Source of the DNA: Armatimonadota bacterium
GTDB taxonomy: Bacteria; Armatimonadota; SYMT01
Direction: 5' to 3'
DNA length: 64,000 bases
Assembly: GCA_046292385.1 (NCBI GenBank)
Contig: JBKBRF010000014.1
Coordinates: 56,234 to 120,233, forward strand
Positions 10,880 through 20,034 of the stretch are shown piece after piece. The notes below the pieces were generated by a model. That model had not been told where the DNA came from, made no database searches, and worked only from the letters and a program-made list of their open reading frames with translations. The position numbers and the translations under genes were made by a program. Positions within the stretch are counted from its first letter, which is position 1. The number at the start of each line of letters is the position of its first letter.

Positions 10880-12886
10880 ATGCCAGCGAATCCGTTCGAG
10901 ATTACCAAAGCGGTAGATTTTACTGACGAGCAAATTGTGCAGAACTGGGTAGACTTGCCGGGTGGAGGCTTTCAGTCTCTCGCCGATCCCCGATCGCCCA
11001 TGCCCAGGTTCTTGGTAGGAGGAAAGGGTGGAGGTCGCACACATATGCTGCGGTACTTCTCCTATCCGCTGCAGCGGTTACGTCACGGGAATGACTTGCT
11101 TTCAGCAATACAGGATGATGGATATGCTGGAGTGTATTTCCGATGTACTGGTCTGAATTCTTCGCGGTTTTCGGGGAAGCAGCAAAGTCCCGAAGTATGG
11201 AGCGCTGTGTTTGCATACTACATGGAGATTTGGCTGGGCCGTCTCGTCGTCGACTTAATCAGGGAGTTAGGGTTGGGTAACGCGCAACTCGCTAACACCA
11301 CATCGTCGATGGACTTCGTGAAAGGCGTGAGAGGTCTCTTTGATGAAGAGATCGAGTCAAGCCTGTCGCAGTTGGACACGCTCGACCAATTAGCGGTCTC
11401 CCTTCATAACATCCAGCGCCAGCTTGATCTCTCGATCAACAATGTCGCTCTAACTAGATCCCTCGATGTGCGAATTGCGGTCACCCCTGGGCGGCTGGTT
11501 TTCGGAATACCGGAACTTGCAACCCGAACATTTCCGCAGATCTCTGGCTTAACATTTGCTTACCTCCTCGACGAGTTTGAGAATCTAAGCGAGGATCAGC
11601 AGCGCTATGTAAATACACTGGTGCGTGAGAAGCAACTTCCCACGACATTTGTCATTGGAAGTCGTCAGTTCGGATTGCGAACGCAAGAGACGCTAAGCGC
11701 CGGGGAAGAGAACAAGCAGGGAAGCGAGTTTGACCTGGTCGTATTAGAGGATGCATATCGAACCTCGGATAAGTACTATCACAGCTTTTGCGAAAGAATC
11801 ATTCGAAAGAGACTGGATGCCGCAGGAGTGGATGTCTATCGCCCGGAGAGGCTCGACGCTTATTTCAGCAAGCCATTGGGAGGGGTCTCCGGACTAGAGG
11901 AGCGAGCGCGGATTCATGTTTCGGAGTGCCTTGGTGATCAAGATGAGCGACCGTGGATCATCCGCCTTAAGGATCAACTTCTGCAGTGGTCACCGGGTCA
12001 GGATATAGGAAAGATCATTGAGGAAGTAAGGTTTCCGTCGAGTCCACTCCACGAGAAGTTTGCAGTGCTGCTGGTTTATCGATCCTGGGCCGATGGCAAT
12101 GACCCGCTACGAGAAGCGCGACAGTTCCGATTCCGGATAGAAGCACTAGCTAATGGCGCGCGCGTGGGAGATGACTTAGCCACAACCTATAAACACTACA
12201 GGGGAGATCTCTACGCACAATTGGTCTCGCAGTTGCGTCGGCCGCAGGAGTACCACGGGATTGACGATTTCGTGCTCATGTCCGGCTATCTCCCAAGGAA
12301 TCTTCTGGTGTTACTAAAGCAAGTGACGCGGTGGTCATTATTCCTTGGAGAACACCCGTTCCGCGGTGAGCTGATATCTTCGAAGGCTCAAACTGAAGGA
12401 GTGCGCGAAGCGAGCAACTGGTTTCTTAGCGACTCCAAGGGATTGGGGCGGATCGGTGAAGAAACGGAACTGGCGGTGCGGCGTCTTGGGGGTCTCTTTC
12501 GGGACATGAGATTCGCTGACAAACCGGTTGAAGTAAGTTGCTCGTCATTCTCAACTGATCGCCGGGGACTCACTGACAGAGCTATCGCCGTCCTGGACAA
12601 TGCCGTATCGCATAGTTTAATACTTAAGGTGCCAACTGGGCGGCGTGAGCGAAACACTCACGTACTACAGCACAAGTATCAATTGAACCCCATGCTTGCT
12701 CCATTGTTTGACTTGTCGGTCGCCAGAAGAGGCACAGCGAACTTTACTCCCGAGCAATTAGTCGCACTTTTTGATCCAAGTGTCGATGCAGAGCACTTCA
12801 TCGCTGAGCGAACGCGGCTCTTGGCGCGGCTGAATGCTCCGTTCTCTACTCCGACTCCGCAGCCAGCCCTGGATTTCTCTGAGTGA
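10880..12886 (+). CDS. Large P-loop ATPase, ORC/CDC6- or STAND-like
   Basis: NPF N-terminus, Walker A-like GGKGGGRT, Walker B YLLDEFENL, sensor-like SGYLPRNLL and C-terminal YQLNPMLAPLF. Confidence 0.78.
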   Translation: MPANPFEITKAVDFTDEQIVQNWVDLPGGGFQSLADPRSPMPRFLVGGKGGGRTHMLRYFSYPLQRLRHGNDLLSAIQDDGYAGVYFRCTGLNSSRFSGKQQSPEVWSAVFAYYMEIWLGRLVVDLIRELGLGNAQLANTTSSMDFVKGVRGLFDEEIESSLSQLDTLDQLAVSLHNIQRQLDLSINNVALTRSLDVRIAVTPGRLVFGIPELATRTFPQISGLTFAYLLDEFENLSEDQQRYVNTLVREKQLPTTFVIGSRQFGLRTQETLSAGEENKQGSEFDLVVLEDAYRTSDKYYHSFCERIIRKRLDAAGVDVYRPERLDAYFSKPLGGVSGLEERARIHVSECLGDQDERPWIIRLKDQLLQWSPGQDIGKIIEEVRFPSSPLHEKFAVLLVYRSWADGNDPLREARQFRFRIEALANGARVGDDLATTYKHYRGDLYAQLVSQLRRPQEYHGIDDFVLMSGYLPRNLLVLLKQVTRWSLFLGEHPFRGELISSKAQTEGVREASNWFLSDSKGLGRIGEETELAVRRLGGLFRDMRFADKPVEVSCSSFSTDRRGLTDRAIAVLDNAVSHSLILKVPTGRRERNTHVLQHKYQLNPMLAPLFDLSVARRGTANFTPEQLVALFDPSVDAEHFIAERTRLLARLNAPFSTPTPQPALDFSE

Positions 12887-13848
12887 CGATGGACTACAGC
12901 CTTCTTCGCATTGATCAATATCAGGCAACGGAGCTTGAAGCGCTCCCCGAGTGGGATATCTTCATCTCCGCCTACAACGAGTCGCAGCGAGTAATCACTG
13001 TTTTTGACTCCGTGCGCGCGCAGCGTAAAGAGTGGGTAATCCATCCGGAGTACGACTTCGAGGATGGCGAATTGCCGAAGACCGGAGTTGTGCGAGTTCT
13101 GCATACGCGTGATGAAGCGGAGTTCTGGCATGACTACTTCTCTGAGGCCGACTTTCATAATCTTCCCCGTGATTCCCGGATTTGCGTCGATGTGACGGGG
13201 TTTATGCGTCCGCATTTGATGCTATTACCGCGGATGCTTCGATTGCTTGGATTCGCTCAACTGGATATAGTGTATTCTGATCCTCGTGAGTATCAATCGG
13301 GAGAAAAGACTCAATTCAGCAAAGGGGCAGTCACTGAGGTGCGGCAAATCCGTGGGTTTGAGGGTACACACCTGCCCAGTGGCGACGAGGACTTGCTGGT
13401 CATTGGGGCTGGATATGACGACGATTTGATCCGGAGAGTCTCCGAAGATAAGCGCGCGGCTCGGAAACTGATGATGTTCGGGCTTCCTAGTCTTCAGCCC
13501 CATATGTATGAGGAAAACCGTCTGCGCGCAGCAAGAGCCGAAGAGGCAGTAGGCCCGTTGCCGGCACGTTCTCTGTTGTTTGCGCCCGCCAACAATCCGT
13601 TTGCCACGGCGCAGGAGCTTCACGACAAGATACAACAGTTGCGCTCGACTGGCTTTACGAACCTGTACTTCAGCCCGCTTGGCACGAAGGCTCAAGCACT
13701 GGGATTTGCTCTCTACTATCTGTGCGAGTGTGTGGGTTCGAGTGCGAGCGTCGTATTCCCGTTCGCAGAGTATTACACTCGTGAGACATCCATCGGCTTG
13801 GCTCGCGTTTGGTGCTATCGGGTGGAACTCGATTGGCTGAACGTCTGA
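12883..13848 (+). CDS. Hypothetical Rossmannoid (CARF-like or PRTase-like) partner protein
   Basis: Start overlaps the ATPase stop (GTGA; alternative ATG 12889). Motifs ICVDVTGF, YSDPREY, LVIGAGYD and YFSPLGTKAQALG indicate an alpha/beta fold. Confidence 0.7.
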   Translation: MTMDYSLLRIDQYQATELEALPEWDIFISAYNESQRVITVFDSVRAQRKEWVIHPEYDFEDGELPKTGVVRVLHTRDEAEFWHDYFSEADFHNLPRDSRICVDVTGFMRPHLMLLPRMLRLLGFAQLDIVYSDPREYQSGEKTQFSKGAVTEVRQIRGFEGTHLPSGDEDLLVIGAGYDDDLIRRVSEDKRAARKLMMFGLPSLQPHMYEENRLRAARAEEAVGPLPARSLLFAPANNPFATAQELHDKIQQLRSTGFTNLYFSPLGTKAQALGFALYYLCECVGSSASVVFPFAEYYTRETSIGLARVWCYRVELDWLNV

Positions 13849-13925
13849 ATGTGTCGGTGGAGTTATTGCTCTAGTTTGTTTTCTCACATTGACCACTGGT
13901 CGGTTGGGTTACCGGATGTTCCGCG

Positions 13926-14120
13926 GCGAACTGCATCCACCCCGGCCACACCTTGAACGAGCGCCGCGCCCAGCGCGCTACGGAGCAGGACGAGGAGCCG
14001 ATGATGAGCTGCGAGGAGTTGGCCGAGACCGCCCTGCTGATGGCCTCGCTGCCGCCCCACGTGAACATGCTGGAAGCGATCGTGCTGCCGGTGGAGCAGC
14101 TCTACGTGGGAAGGGGATAG
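13926..14120 (+). pseudogene. Orphan 3' fragment (64 codons plus stop) of the SDR gene; right direct-repeat copy
   Basis: Translates to ANCIHPGHTLNERRAQRATEQDEEPMMSCEELAETALLMASLPPHVNMLEAIVLPVEQLYVGRG*, nearly identical to the SDR C-terminus; no start or N-terminal part. Confidence 0.9.
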
Positions 14121-14384
14121 GGCTTCGCCCAGGGTCTAGGGTCCAGGGGTTAGGGTGTCGGACTGGCGGCGGGCGGGGGCGCCATGCGTGTACGGCCGCT
14201 CCTACTCATTCTCTTTCTCCTTCTCCTTCTCGGCTGCGATCCTTTCGCGGCGGAAGCCCCTCTCGTTTAGCGAGTACCTCGTTTCCGCTCGGCCCCGGTG
14301 GCGCGCGGCTGCGGGGTGCGCTAACATTTTCGCAGTACCCTGTCGCGGGTCCGCGGCGCCGGCCTTCGCCGCAAAGGAGCTGAC

Positions 14385-15119
14385 GTGAAACCGTCTACCA
14401 TTCGCCTTCCGCTGGTCCTGGCTTCTCTGGCGCTGCCTCTGCTGACCGCCGTGCCGGCCGCGGCCCAGGGGGCGCCGGCCGCGCCCGGGAGCGGCGACCT
14501 GCGCGCGCTGCTCTCCGGCAAGCAGGCGCCGCTGACGCTGAAGCTGCGCGAGCTGAGCCCGGAGTGGCGTCGGGTGACGCTGCGGACTCCGGCCGAGGCG
14601 CCGGGCGAGGGGAGCGGGTTCCTCGGCATGATGCTCGGCGGGATGTTCGGGCCGATGGCAAGCGGCCTCACGCCGTCCGCGCCGCCGGTCTACACCCAGG
14701 GCGACACGATCAGCCTGGGCGGAGAGCTCTACCTGATCGCTTACCGGCCCCCGAAGCCGGCGCTCGACCTGCTGGCGCTCAAGCGGGCCGCCGAGCAGAA
14801 TGCGGAGCTGCCGCCTCCCGAAGTGCTGAGGCCCGACACCGAGCTGTCGCTCTGGCTGATCCAGTTCCGCGACATCCAATCGCTCGGAGAGATCCGCCCG
14901 TTCAACCTCGACCTGGAGCTGCGGGAGAGCGAGAAGGCGGCGGCGGCTGAGACGGCGCTGCGGAAAGAGTTGATGGGCGGGGTGTTCGGCGGCGGTGCGG
15001 CACCCGCGGCTCCCGAGCCGGAGGTGTTTGCGGAGCCGGCGCTCCCGGAGGAGGCTCCCGCGCCGAAACCGGCTGCGAAGAAGCCCGCCCCCAAGAAGCC
15101 CGCCCCCAAGAAGCGCTGA
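14385..15119 (+). CDS. Hypothetical exported protein with Pro/Ala/Lys-rich tail
   Basis: RBS AAGGAG before GTG; signal peptide ending AAA-Q; C-terminal KPAAKKPAPKKPAPKKR. Confidence 0.8.
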   Translation: MKPSTIRLPLVLASLALPLLTAVPAAAQGAPAAPGSGDLRALLSGKQAPLTLKLRELSPEWRRVTLRTPAEAPGEGSGFLGMMLGGMFGPMASGLTPSAPPVYTQGDTISLGGELYLIAYRPPKPALDLLALKRAAEQNAELPPPEVLRPDTELSLWLIQFRDIQSLGEIRPFNLDLELRESEKAAAAETALRKELMGGVFGGGAAPAAPEPEVFAEPALPEEAPAPKPAAKKPAPKKPAPKKR

Positions 15120-15207
15120 TACCCGCAAGCCGCCCCCGCACCCGGTTTGCCGGCCACTCGCCCGCGGAATATACAGGGCGAGGAAGCGGTCCATCGGGAG
15201 GCAACAG

Positions 15208-15957
15208 GTGAAGGGCTTTTGGGCTTGGCTGGTCGGGGCGTCGTTAGTGGTCGCCGGCGCGGGTGTGCAGGCGCAGGACGAGGTGCCGCCGCCACCCGCG
15301 GAGGTGCGGGAGGGGGTCACCTTCGCCGCGGAGCCGGGCGTGCTCTACGTGCCGGTGCGGGAGGCGGCGGAGTCGCTCGCGCTGCGCGCCCGGTGGGACG
15401 GGGAGCGGCAGACGGCGCTGCTGGAGGGAAAGCCGGTCTCGGACGCCGCCACCCGCCTGCTCCTGGAGGGGGCGACGCTGATCTCCGTGCGCGACCTGGA
15501 GCAGTGGGGGGCGAAGGTGCGCTGGGATGCGGAGCGCGGCGCGGCGCGGGTGACCCACGGCGAGCGGGTCTTCTGGGTCCGCAGCGGCCCCAAGCGAGTC
15601 GCGGTCAACCGCTCCACGCAGCAGCTCCGCGCCTGGCAGGGGGACCGGTTGGTGCTGGAGACACGGGTCAGCACCGGTGCGCCGGGGAACGAGACCCCCA
15701 CCGGGAGCTTCACCGCGGGGCCCTACCGGGCGAAGATGCACTATTCCAGTCTCTACGACAACGCCCCGATGCCGTGGAGCGTGCAGATCACCGGCAACAT
15801 CTTCTTCCACGGCTACCACTCGGTGCCGCCGCGCGCCGCCTCCCACGGCTGCATCCGGATACCGCTCTGGGGCGGCAACGCCGCGAAGTGGCTGTTCGAG
15901 TGGATCGACAACGGCACGCCGGTCACCATCGCGGACGACTGGCCGGCGGAGGAGTGA
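15208..15957 (+). CDS. L,D-transpeptidase (YkuD family) with N-terminal copper-amine-oxidase-N-like domain
   Basis: Signal peptide; LYVPVREAAESL domain; VSTG..ETPTG, FFHG and catalytic ASHGCIRI. Confidence 0.88.
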   Translation: MKGFWAWLVGASLVVAGAGVQAQDEVPPPPAEVREGVTFAAEPGVLYVPVREAAESLALRARWDGERQTALLEGKPVSDAATRLLLEGATLISVRDLEQWGAKVRWDAERGAARVTHGERVFWVRSGPKRVAVNRSTQQLRAWQGDRLVLETRVSTGAPGNETPTGSFTAGPYRAKMHYSSLYDNAPMPWSVQITGNIFFHGYHSVPPRAASHGCIRIPLWGGNAAKWLFEWIDNGTPVTIADDWPAEE

Positions 15958-16049
15958 GTGCCACGCGTTCAGCAGCGCCGCGCCGCTGTTAGCTCGAGTG
16001 GATCAAACCGGCACACTCGAGCTACGGCGAGAACGACTGCCGGATTCGC

Positions 16050-16100
16050 GCCTCGGACTGAAGTCGAGGCTACAGAAAGCGAAGCCCGCCTGCGCGGGCT
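16050..16100. repeat. REP-like double hairpin
   Basis: gcctcg-gactgaagt-cgaggc followed by agcccgc-ctgc-gcgggct; similar layout at 56837-56904. Confidence 0.5.
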
Positions 16101-16455
16101 GAGTTCTGCCGACCCCAGCACCACGCTGTACTTACGTCCCGCCCCCCAGTTTCCTGTGGTCCGAGGACTGCTCTACCCTCTCGTCGCCCGCCTCGTGATC
16201 GGCGTTTTCGCCGTGACAGTCGATACAGAGCAGCGCGCGGCGGTGGTGGCGCCCGGTGGCGTCTACGAATGGTGCCGCGGTCAGCCCTCGTCGCTTGTAT
16301 ACCCCGCAGCCATCGCAGAAGCCCTTGATGCTGAATCTGGAGCGGTCGGCTGGTTCCACGGCTTCAGGGATCTCCCGGCACGCAGGTGCTCTCGAGGAGG
16401 ACCTCCGGGGCCACCGTTCTCCGGTATCGGAGAGCCGCCCGCCGTCCTCATCGCC

Positions 16456-16698
16456 CTATCGCTCGAGCCGGTCTTGCCGCTCAACCGCTTTGCGGATACC
16501 GCGAATGAAGCCCCACGTTACGACTACCGCGACCACCACCCAGACCCCGAGCGCGATCTCGCGAAGACCTCCGTTCCAGGGGTGGGGGCCCGAAGTCCAG
16601 TTGGGCGGACGATAAGAGTACGCCAGCAACAGGACCCAGATCCACCACGGATAGAACGCTACCGCCGCAACGATACAGATGCTCCGGAGCCGTCGCAT
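16456..16698 (-). CDS. Small hypothetical membrane protein (two TM segments)
   Basis: RBS GAGGAG before ATG; two hydrophobic stretches; no recognised family. Confidence 0.5.
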   Translation of the reverse strand: MRRLRSICIVAAVAFYPWWIWVLLLAYSYRPPNWTSGPHPWNGGLREIALGVWVVVAVVVTWGFIRGIRKAVERQDRLER

Positions 16699-16808
16699 CT
16701 CTCCTCACCCAGAGCGCGGATACGCGCGGAAGCGGCGCTCCGCCCGGCACGATGTCCCGCGGAGCGGAGTACGCCCACCGCTACGGAATACGCGATACGG
16801 AATACGCC

Positions 16809-19664
16809 TCACCCCGTGCTCTGCATCCCCGCGGCGATCCCGATGATCGAGAGCAGCAGCGCGTTCCTCCAGGGGTCGTCTTCGCCTTCGTGGTGCTCGT
16901 CGAGGTCCATCAGGGCGACCTGCAGCTTGTTGAGCGGTGCCAGGGCAGGGTTGCGGAGGGCGACCGTCTTCCGGATCACCGGCGCCTGGGAGAGCAGCAC
17001 CTCGTCGCCGGTGACGCGCAGGATCCAGCGGCTGGTGCGCTCGTGCTCCGCCGCGATCAGGCCGTGGATCCGCTCCCCCAGCTCCGGCGGCTGCACGCGG
17101 GCGGCGTACCAGGCGGCGGTGCGGAGGTCGGCGCGCACCAGCTCGAGCTGGGTGTTGCGGACGATCGTCCGGAAGAACGGCCACTCCTGGTGCAGGCGGC
17201 GCAGCAGCGCCTCGTGCTCCGGAGACTGCTCCGCGAACCACTCCAGCGCGCTGCCGAAGCCGAACCAGCCGGGGAGCACGTAGCGCGCCTGCACCCAGGC
17301 GAAGACCCACGGCACCGCCCGCATGTGCTCTGGGCCGCCCTTGGCGCGGCCGGGCCGGAAGACGGGCCGGGAGGCGATGGAGAGGCGGCTGATCGGCTCG
17401 ATCGGGGTCGCCTGGAGGTAGAAGTCCCAGAAGTCGGGGTCGTGGTGGACCAGCGACTGGTAGACCTCCCGCGAGCGCTCCGCCATCGCGGCAATCGCTT
17501 CGGCTCCGCCTTCCGGCAGTCGGAGGCGCGCGGCGGTGCGGCCGGCGGTGAGCAGCACGGCGCTGGCGATCTGCTCCAGGTGCCGGTGCGCGATCGGCGG
17601 CAGGCCGTAGCGGAAGGAGATGATCTCCCCCTGCTCCGTGAAGCGGATACGGCCCTGGAAGCTCCCCGGCGGCTGCGAGAGGATCGCCTGGTTGGCGCGT
17701 CCGCCGCCCCGGCCGACCGTCCCCCCGCGCCCGTGGAAGAGGCTCACCTCCACCCCGGCGCGCCGGCCGACCGCCGCCAGGCGGCGCTGGGCGTCGTAGA
17801 GCAGCCAGTTGGACGCGAGATAGCCGCCGTCCTTGTTGCTGTCCGAGTAGCCGAGCATGATCTCCTGGCGGTCGCCGCGGGCGCGGACCTGGTGCGCGTA
17901 GGCGGGGTTGCGGAAGAGACGGCGGGTCAGCTCCTCGCAGTGGCGGAGGTCCTCCACCGTCTCGAAGAGCGGGACGATGTCGACGTCGCTCTCCAGCACC
18001 GGCTCGCCGCCCTCCTGGGTGCGCCAGCGCACCAGCCCCTCTTCCTTCGCCAGGAGCAGCGCCTCCAGCACGTCGCTCGCGCCGCGGGTCATGCTGATGA
18101 TGTAGGTGGTGACGGCGCGGGGGGAGAGGTAGCGCTGCGCGTGCCGGATGACTTCCAGCACCTGCAGGGCGCGGCTGCTCCCTTCGGAGCCTTCCCAGCC
18201 GCGCGGCAGCAGCGGGCGCGGGTTCAGCAGCTCCCGGGTGAGCAGGCGCACCTTCTCCGCCTCCGAAAGCTCCTTGTAGCTCCGGCCGGGCGGCAGCAGC
18301 CGGGCGGCGTGGACCAGCTCGTCCATCACCGCCTCGTGCTCGTCGCTGTGCTGGCGCACGTCGAGGGAGGCAAGGTGCAGGCCAAAGGTGCGCACCTGCA
18401 CGGCCAGGTGCGCCAGGCCGCCCTCGTCCGCCAGCGCCTCCGCGTGGTTCTCCCGCAGGCTGCGGCGCATCCGCTCCAGGTCTTCCAGCAGCTCCTCGGC
18501 GCCGGAGTAGGCGGGGGCGTGCGGGACGAACGAGGGACCTTCCGCGCGGAAGTCGGTCAGCGCGGCCAGGTGGTCGAGGGTCGCCTGCAGCCGCTCGCGG
18601 ATGAAGAGCAGCTTGCGGGAGTACGGCTCGGAGGCGGCGCGCGCCAGCAGCTCCTCCGGAACCGGGACGGTCTGGTGGTCGTGCTCCAGCGACTCGAGCA
18701 GCTCCGCGCTGGCCGGCACCTGCCGCGCGCTCACGGTCAGCTCCCGCCGCAGCGCCTGCGCGCGCTCCAGGTAGTACTCCAGCACCAGCTCCCGGTGGGA
18801 GAGCAGGGTGGTCCAGGTCACCTCCGGCGTCACCCTCGGGTTGCCGTCCCGGTCGCCGCCGATCCAGGAGTGGTAGACCACCAGCGGCGGGATGTCGAAC
18901 GTCACCCCCGGGTACGCCTCCGCCAGGGCGGCGCGGAGGTCGTCGTGGAGCCACGGCACCACGTTCAGGATGGTGCGCTCGAAGAAGAAGAGGCCGTTGC
19001 GTACCTCGTCGCCGACGGTCAACGGCGCGGCGCGCAGCTCATCGGTCTGCCAGAGCGCCGTCAGCGCCTGGCGCAGCTCCGTCTCCGCGTGCCCGCGGCT
19101 GTCGAGCGGCCGGTCGAGCCGCGGCAGGGAGGGCGGCTGCGCCCGCTCCACCAGGGCGGCGGCGATGCGCTGCAGCTTCTCCAGCACCGCCCGGCGGCGC
19201 GCCTCGGTGGGGTGGGCGGTGAGGGTGGGGCCGATGCGGACGCGGTTCAGCAGCGCCTGCATCTCCTCCGCGGTGGTGCCCGCCTGCCGCAGGCGCCGCA
19301 CCGCGTCCCGGATCGATTCCGGCCGGGCGCGGCCGTTCGCGCCGGAGATCCGCTCCCGGTTGACCCGGATGATCTCCTTCTGCTCCGCGGTGTTGAGGAG
19401 CTGGAAGAACACGGTGAACGCGCGAAGCAGTCGCTCCAGCGTCTGCGGGTCGCGCAGGGCGGGGAACCGGTCCAGCAGCCCCTCCGGCGCCTGCTCGTCC
19501 GCGTAGAGCGCGCGGGCGAGCGCCAGCAGCGATTCCTCGCCCTGCTGGATCAGCAGCTCGCCCAGCATCTGGTCCAGCAGCAGGATGTCGTCGCTCAGGG
19601 AGTCGGTGAGACCGATCTCGCGGGGAGTCAGGGGCAGGAAGCGGTCTTGCGGCGATTCGTGCAT
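16809..19664 (-). CDS. ppc: Phosphoenolpyruvate carboxylase (bacterial type)
   Basis: LTAHPTE, SWIGGDRDGNP, QEIMLGYSDSNKDGG, FHGRGGTVGRGG, RAVPWVFAW and C-terminal GIAAGMQSTG; start set at MHESPQ. Confidence 0.97.
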   Translation of the reverse strand: MHESPQDRFLPLTPREIGLTDSLSDDILLLDQMLGELLIQQGEESLLALARALYADEQAPEGLLDRFPALRDPQTLERLLRAFTVFFQLLNTAEQKEIIRVNRERISGANGRARPESIRDAVRRLRQAGTTAEEMQALLNRVRIGPTLTAHPTEARRRAVLEKLQRIAAALVERAQPPSLPRLDRPLDSRGHAETELRQALTALWQTDELRAAPLTVGDEVRNGLFFFERTILNVVPWLHDDLRAALAEAYPGVTFDIPPLVVYHSWIGGDRDGNPRVTPEVTWTTLLSHRELVLEYYLERAQALRRELTVSARQVPASAELLESLEHDHQTVPVPEELLARAASEPYSRKLLFIRERLQATLDHLAALTDFRAEGPSFVPHAPAYSGAEELLEDLERMRRSLRENHAEALADEGGLAHLAVQVRTFGLHLASLDVRQHSDEHEAVMDELVHAARLLPPGRSYKELSEAEKVRLLTRELLNPRPLLPRGWEGSEGSSRALQVLEVIRHAQRYLSPRAVTTYIISMTRGASDVLEALLLAKEEGLVRWRTQEGGEPVLESDVDIVPLFETVEDLRHCEELTRRLFRNPAYAHQVRARGDRQEIMLGYSDSNKDGGYLASNWLLYDAQRRLAAVGRRAGVEVSLFHGRGGTVGRGGGRANQAILSQPPGSFQGRIRFTEQGEIISFRYGLPPIAHRHLEQIASAVLLTAGRTAARLRLPEGGAEAIAAMAERSREVYQSLVHHDPDFWDFYLQATPIEPISRLSIASRPVFRPGRAKGGPEHMRAVPWVFAWVQARYVLPGWFGFGSALEWFAEQSPEHEALLRRLHQEWPFFRTIVRNTQLELVRADLRTAAWYAARVQPPELGERIHGLIAAEHERTSRWILRVTGDEVLLSQAPVIRKTVALRNPALAPLNKLQVALMDLDEHHEGEDDPWRNALLLSIIGIAAGMQSTG

Positions 19665-19743
19665 GGTCCTGGTTCGATTGATGCGGCAAAACAAGCCCGG
19701 AGCACCCGCTTCGGCCCGATGGGTCAGCCCTGCGTTCTCTCGC

Positions 19744-19873
19744 GGAGTGACGCGCTTGCGCGGCCCTTCTCTCGGTGTGAAGTCGGCTCCGCCAAGCACG
19801 GCCGCCAGGCAGGAGCCGAATGCTCGAAAGCAGGTGCCAGTACGCTGGGGAGGCCGCGCAAGCGCGTCACTCC
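19744..19873. repeat. Perfect 22-bp inverted repeat pair (REP doublet/MITE-like)
   Basis: GGAGTGACGCGCTTGCGCGGCC at 19744-19765 and its exact reverse complement at 19852-19873. Confidence 0.85.
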
Positions 19874-20034
19874 GGCAGTACTCGGTGGCGTCTCCTGGCA
19901 CTCCGCGGGAGCGCTCCGCACCCGCATTTCACTGCCACGTCACACGGGAACGCGAAAAGGCCGGGCGCCACCCGGAAGCATACCACGCATCCGGAAGCGG
20001 CACCCGGCCTGCAGAGCCGGTGAGAGCCGGGACC

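Larger units (their letters stand above)
8376..13925 (+). mobile_element. Lower-GC horizontally acquired four-gene island inserted at the SDR 3' end (no integrase or transposase inside)
   Basis: Abrupt rise in A/T-ending codons relative to the flanks, four tightly spaced co-oriented genes, and flanking direct repeats. Confidence 0.8.

Noticed and set aside
13889..14383. 164-aa ORF at the right island boundary
   Set aside because: It is an off-frame reading of the duplicated SDR fragment plus intergenic repeats.
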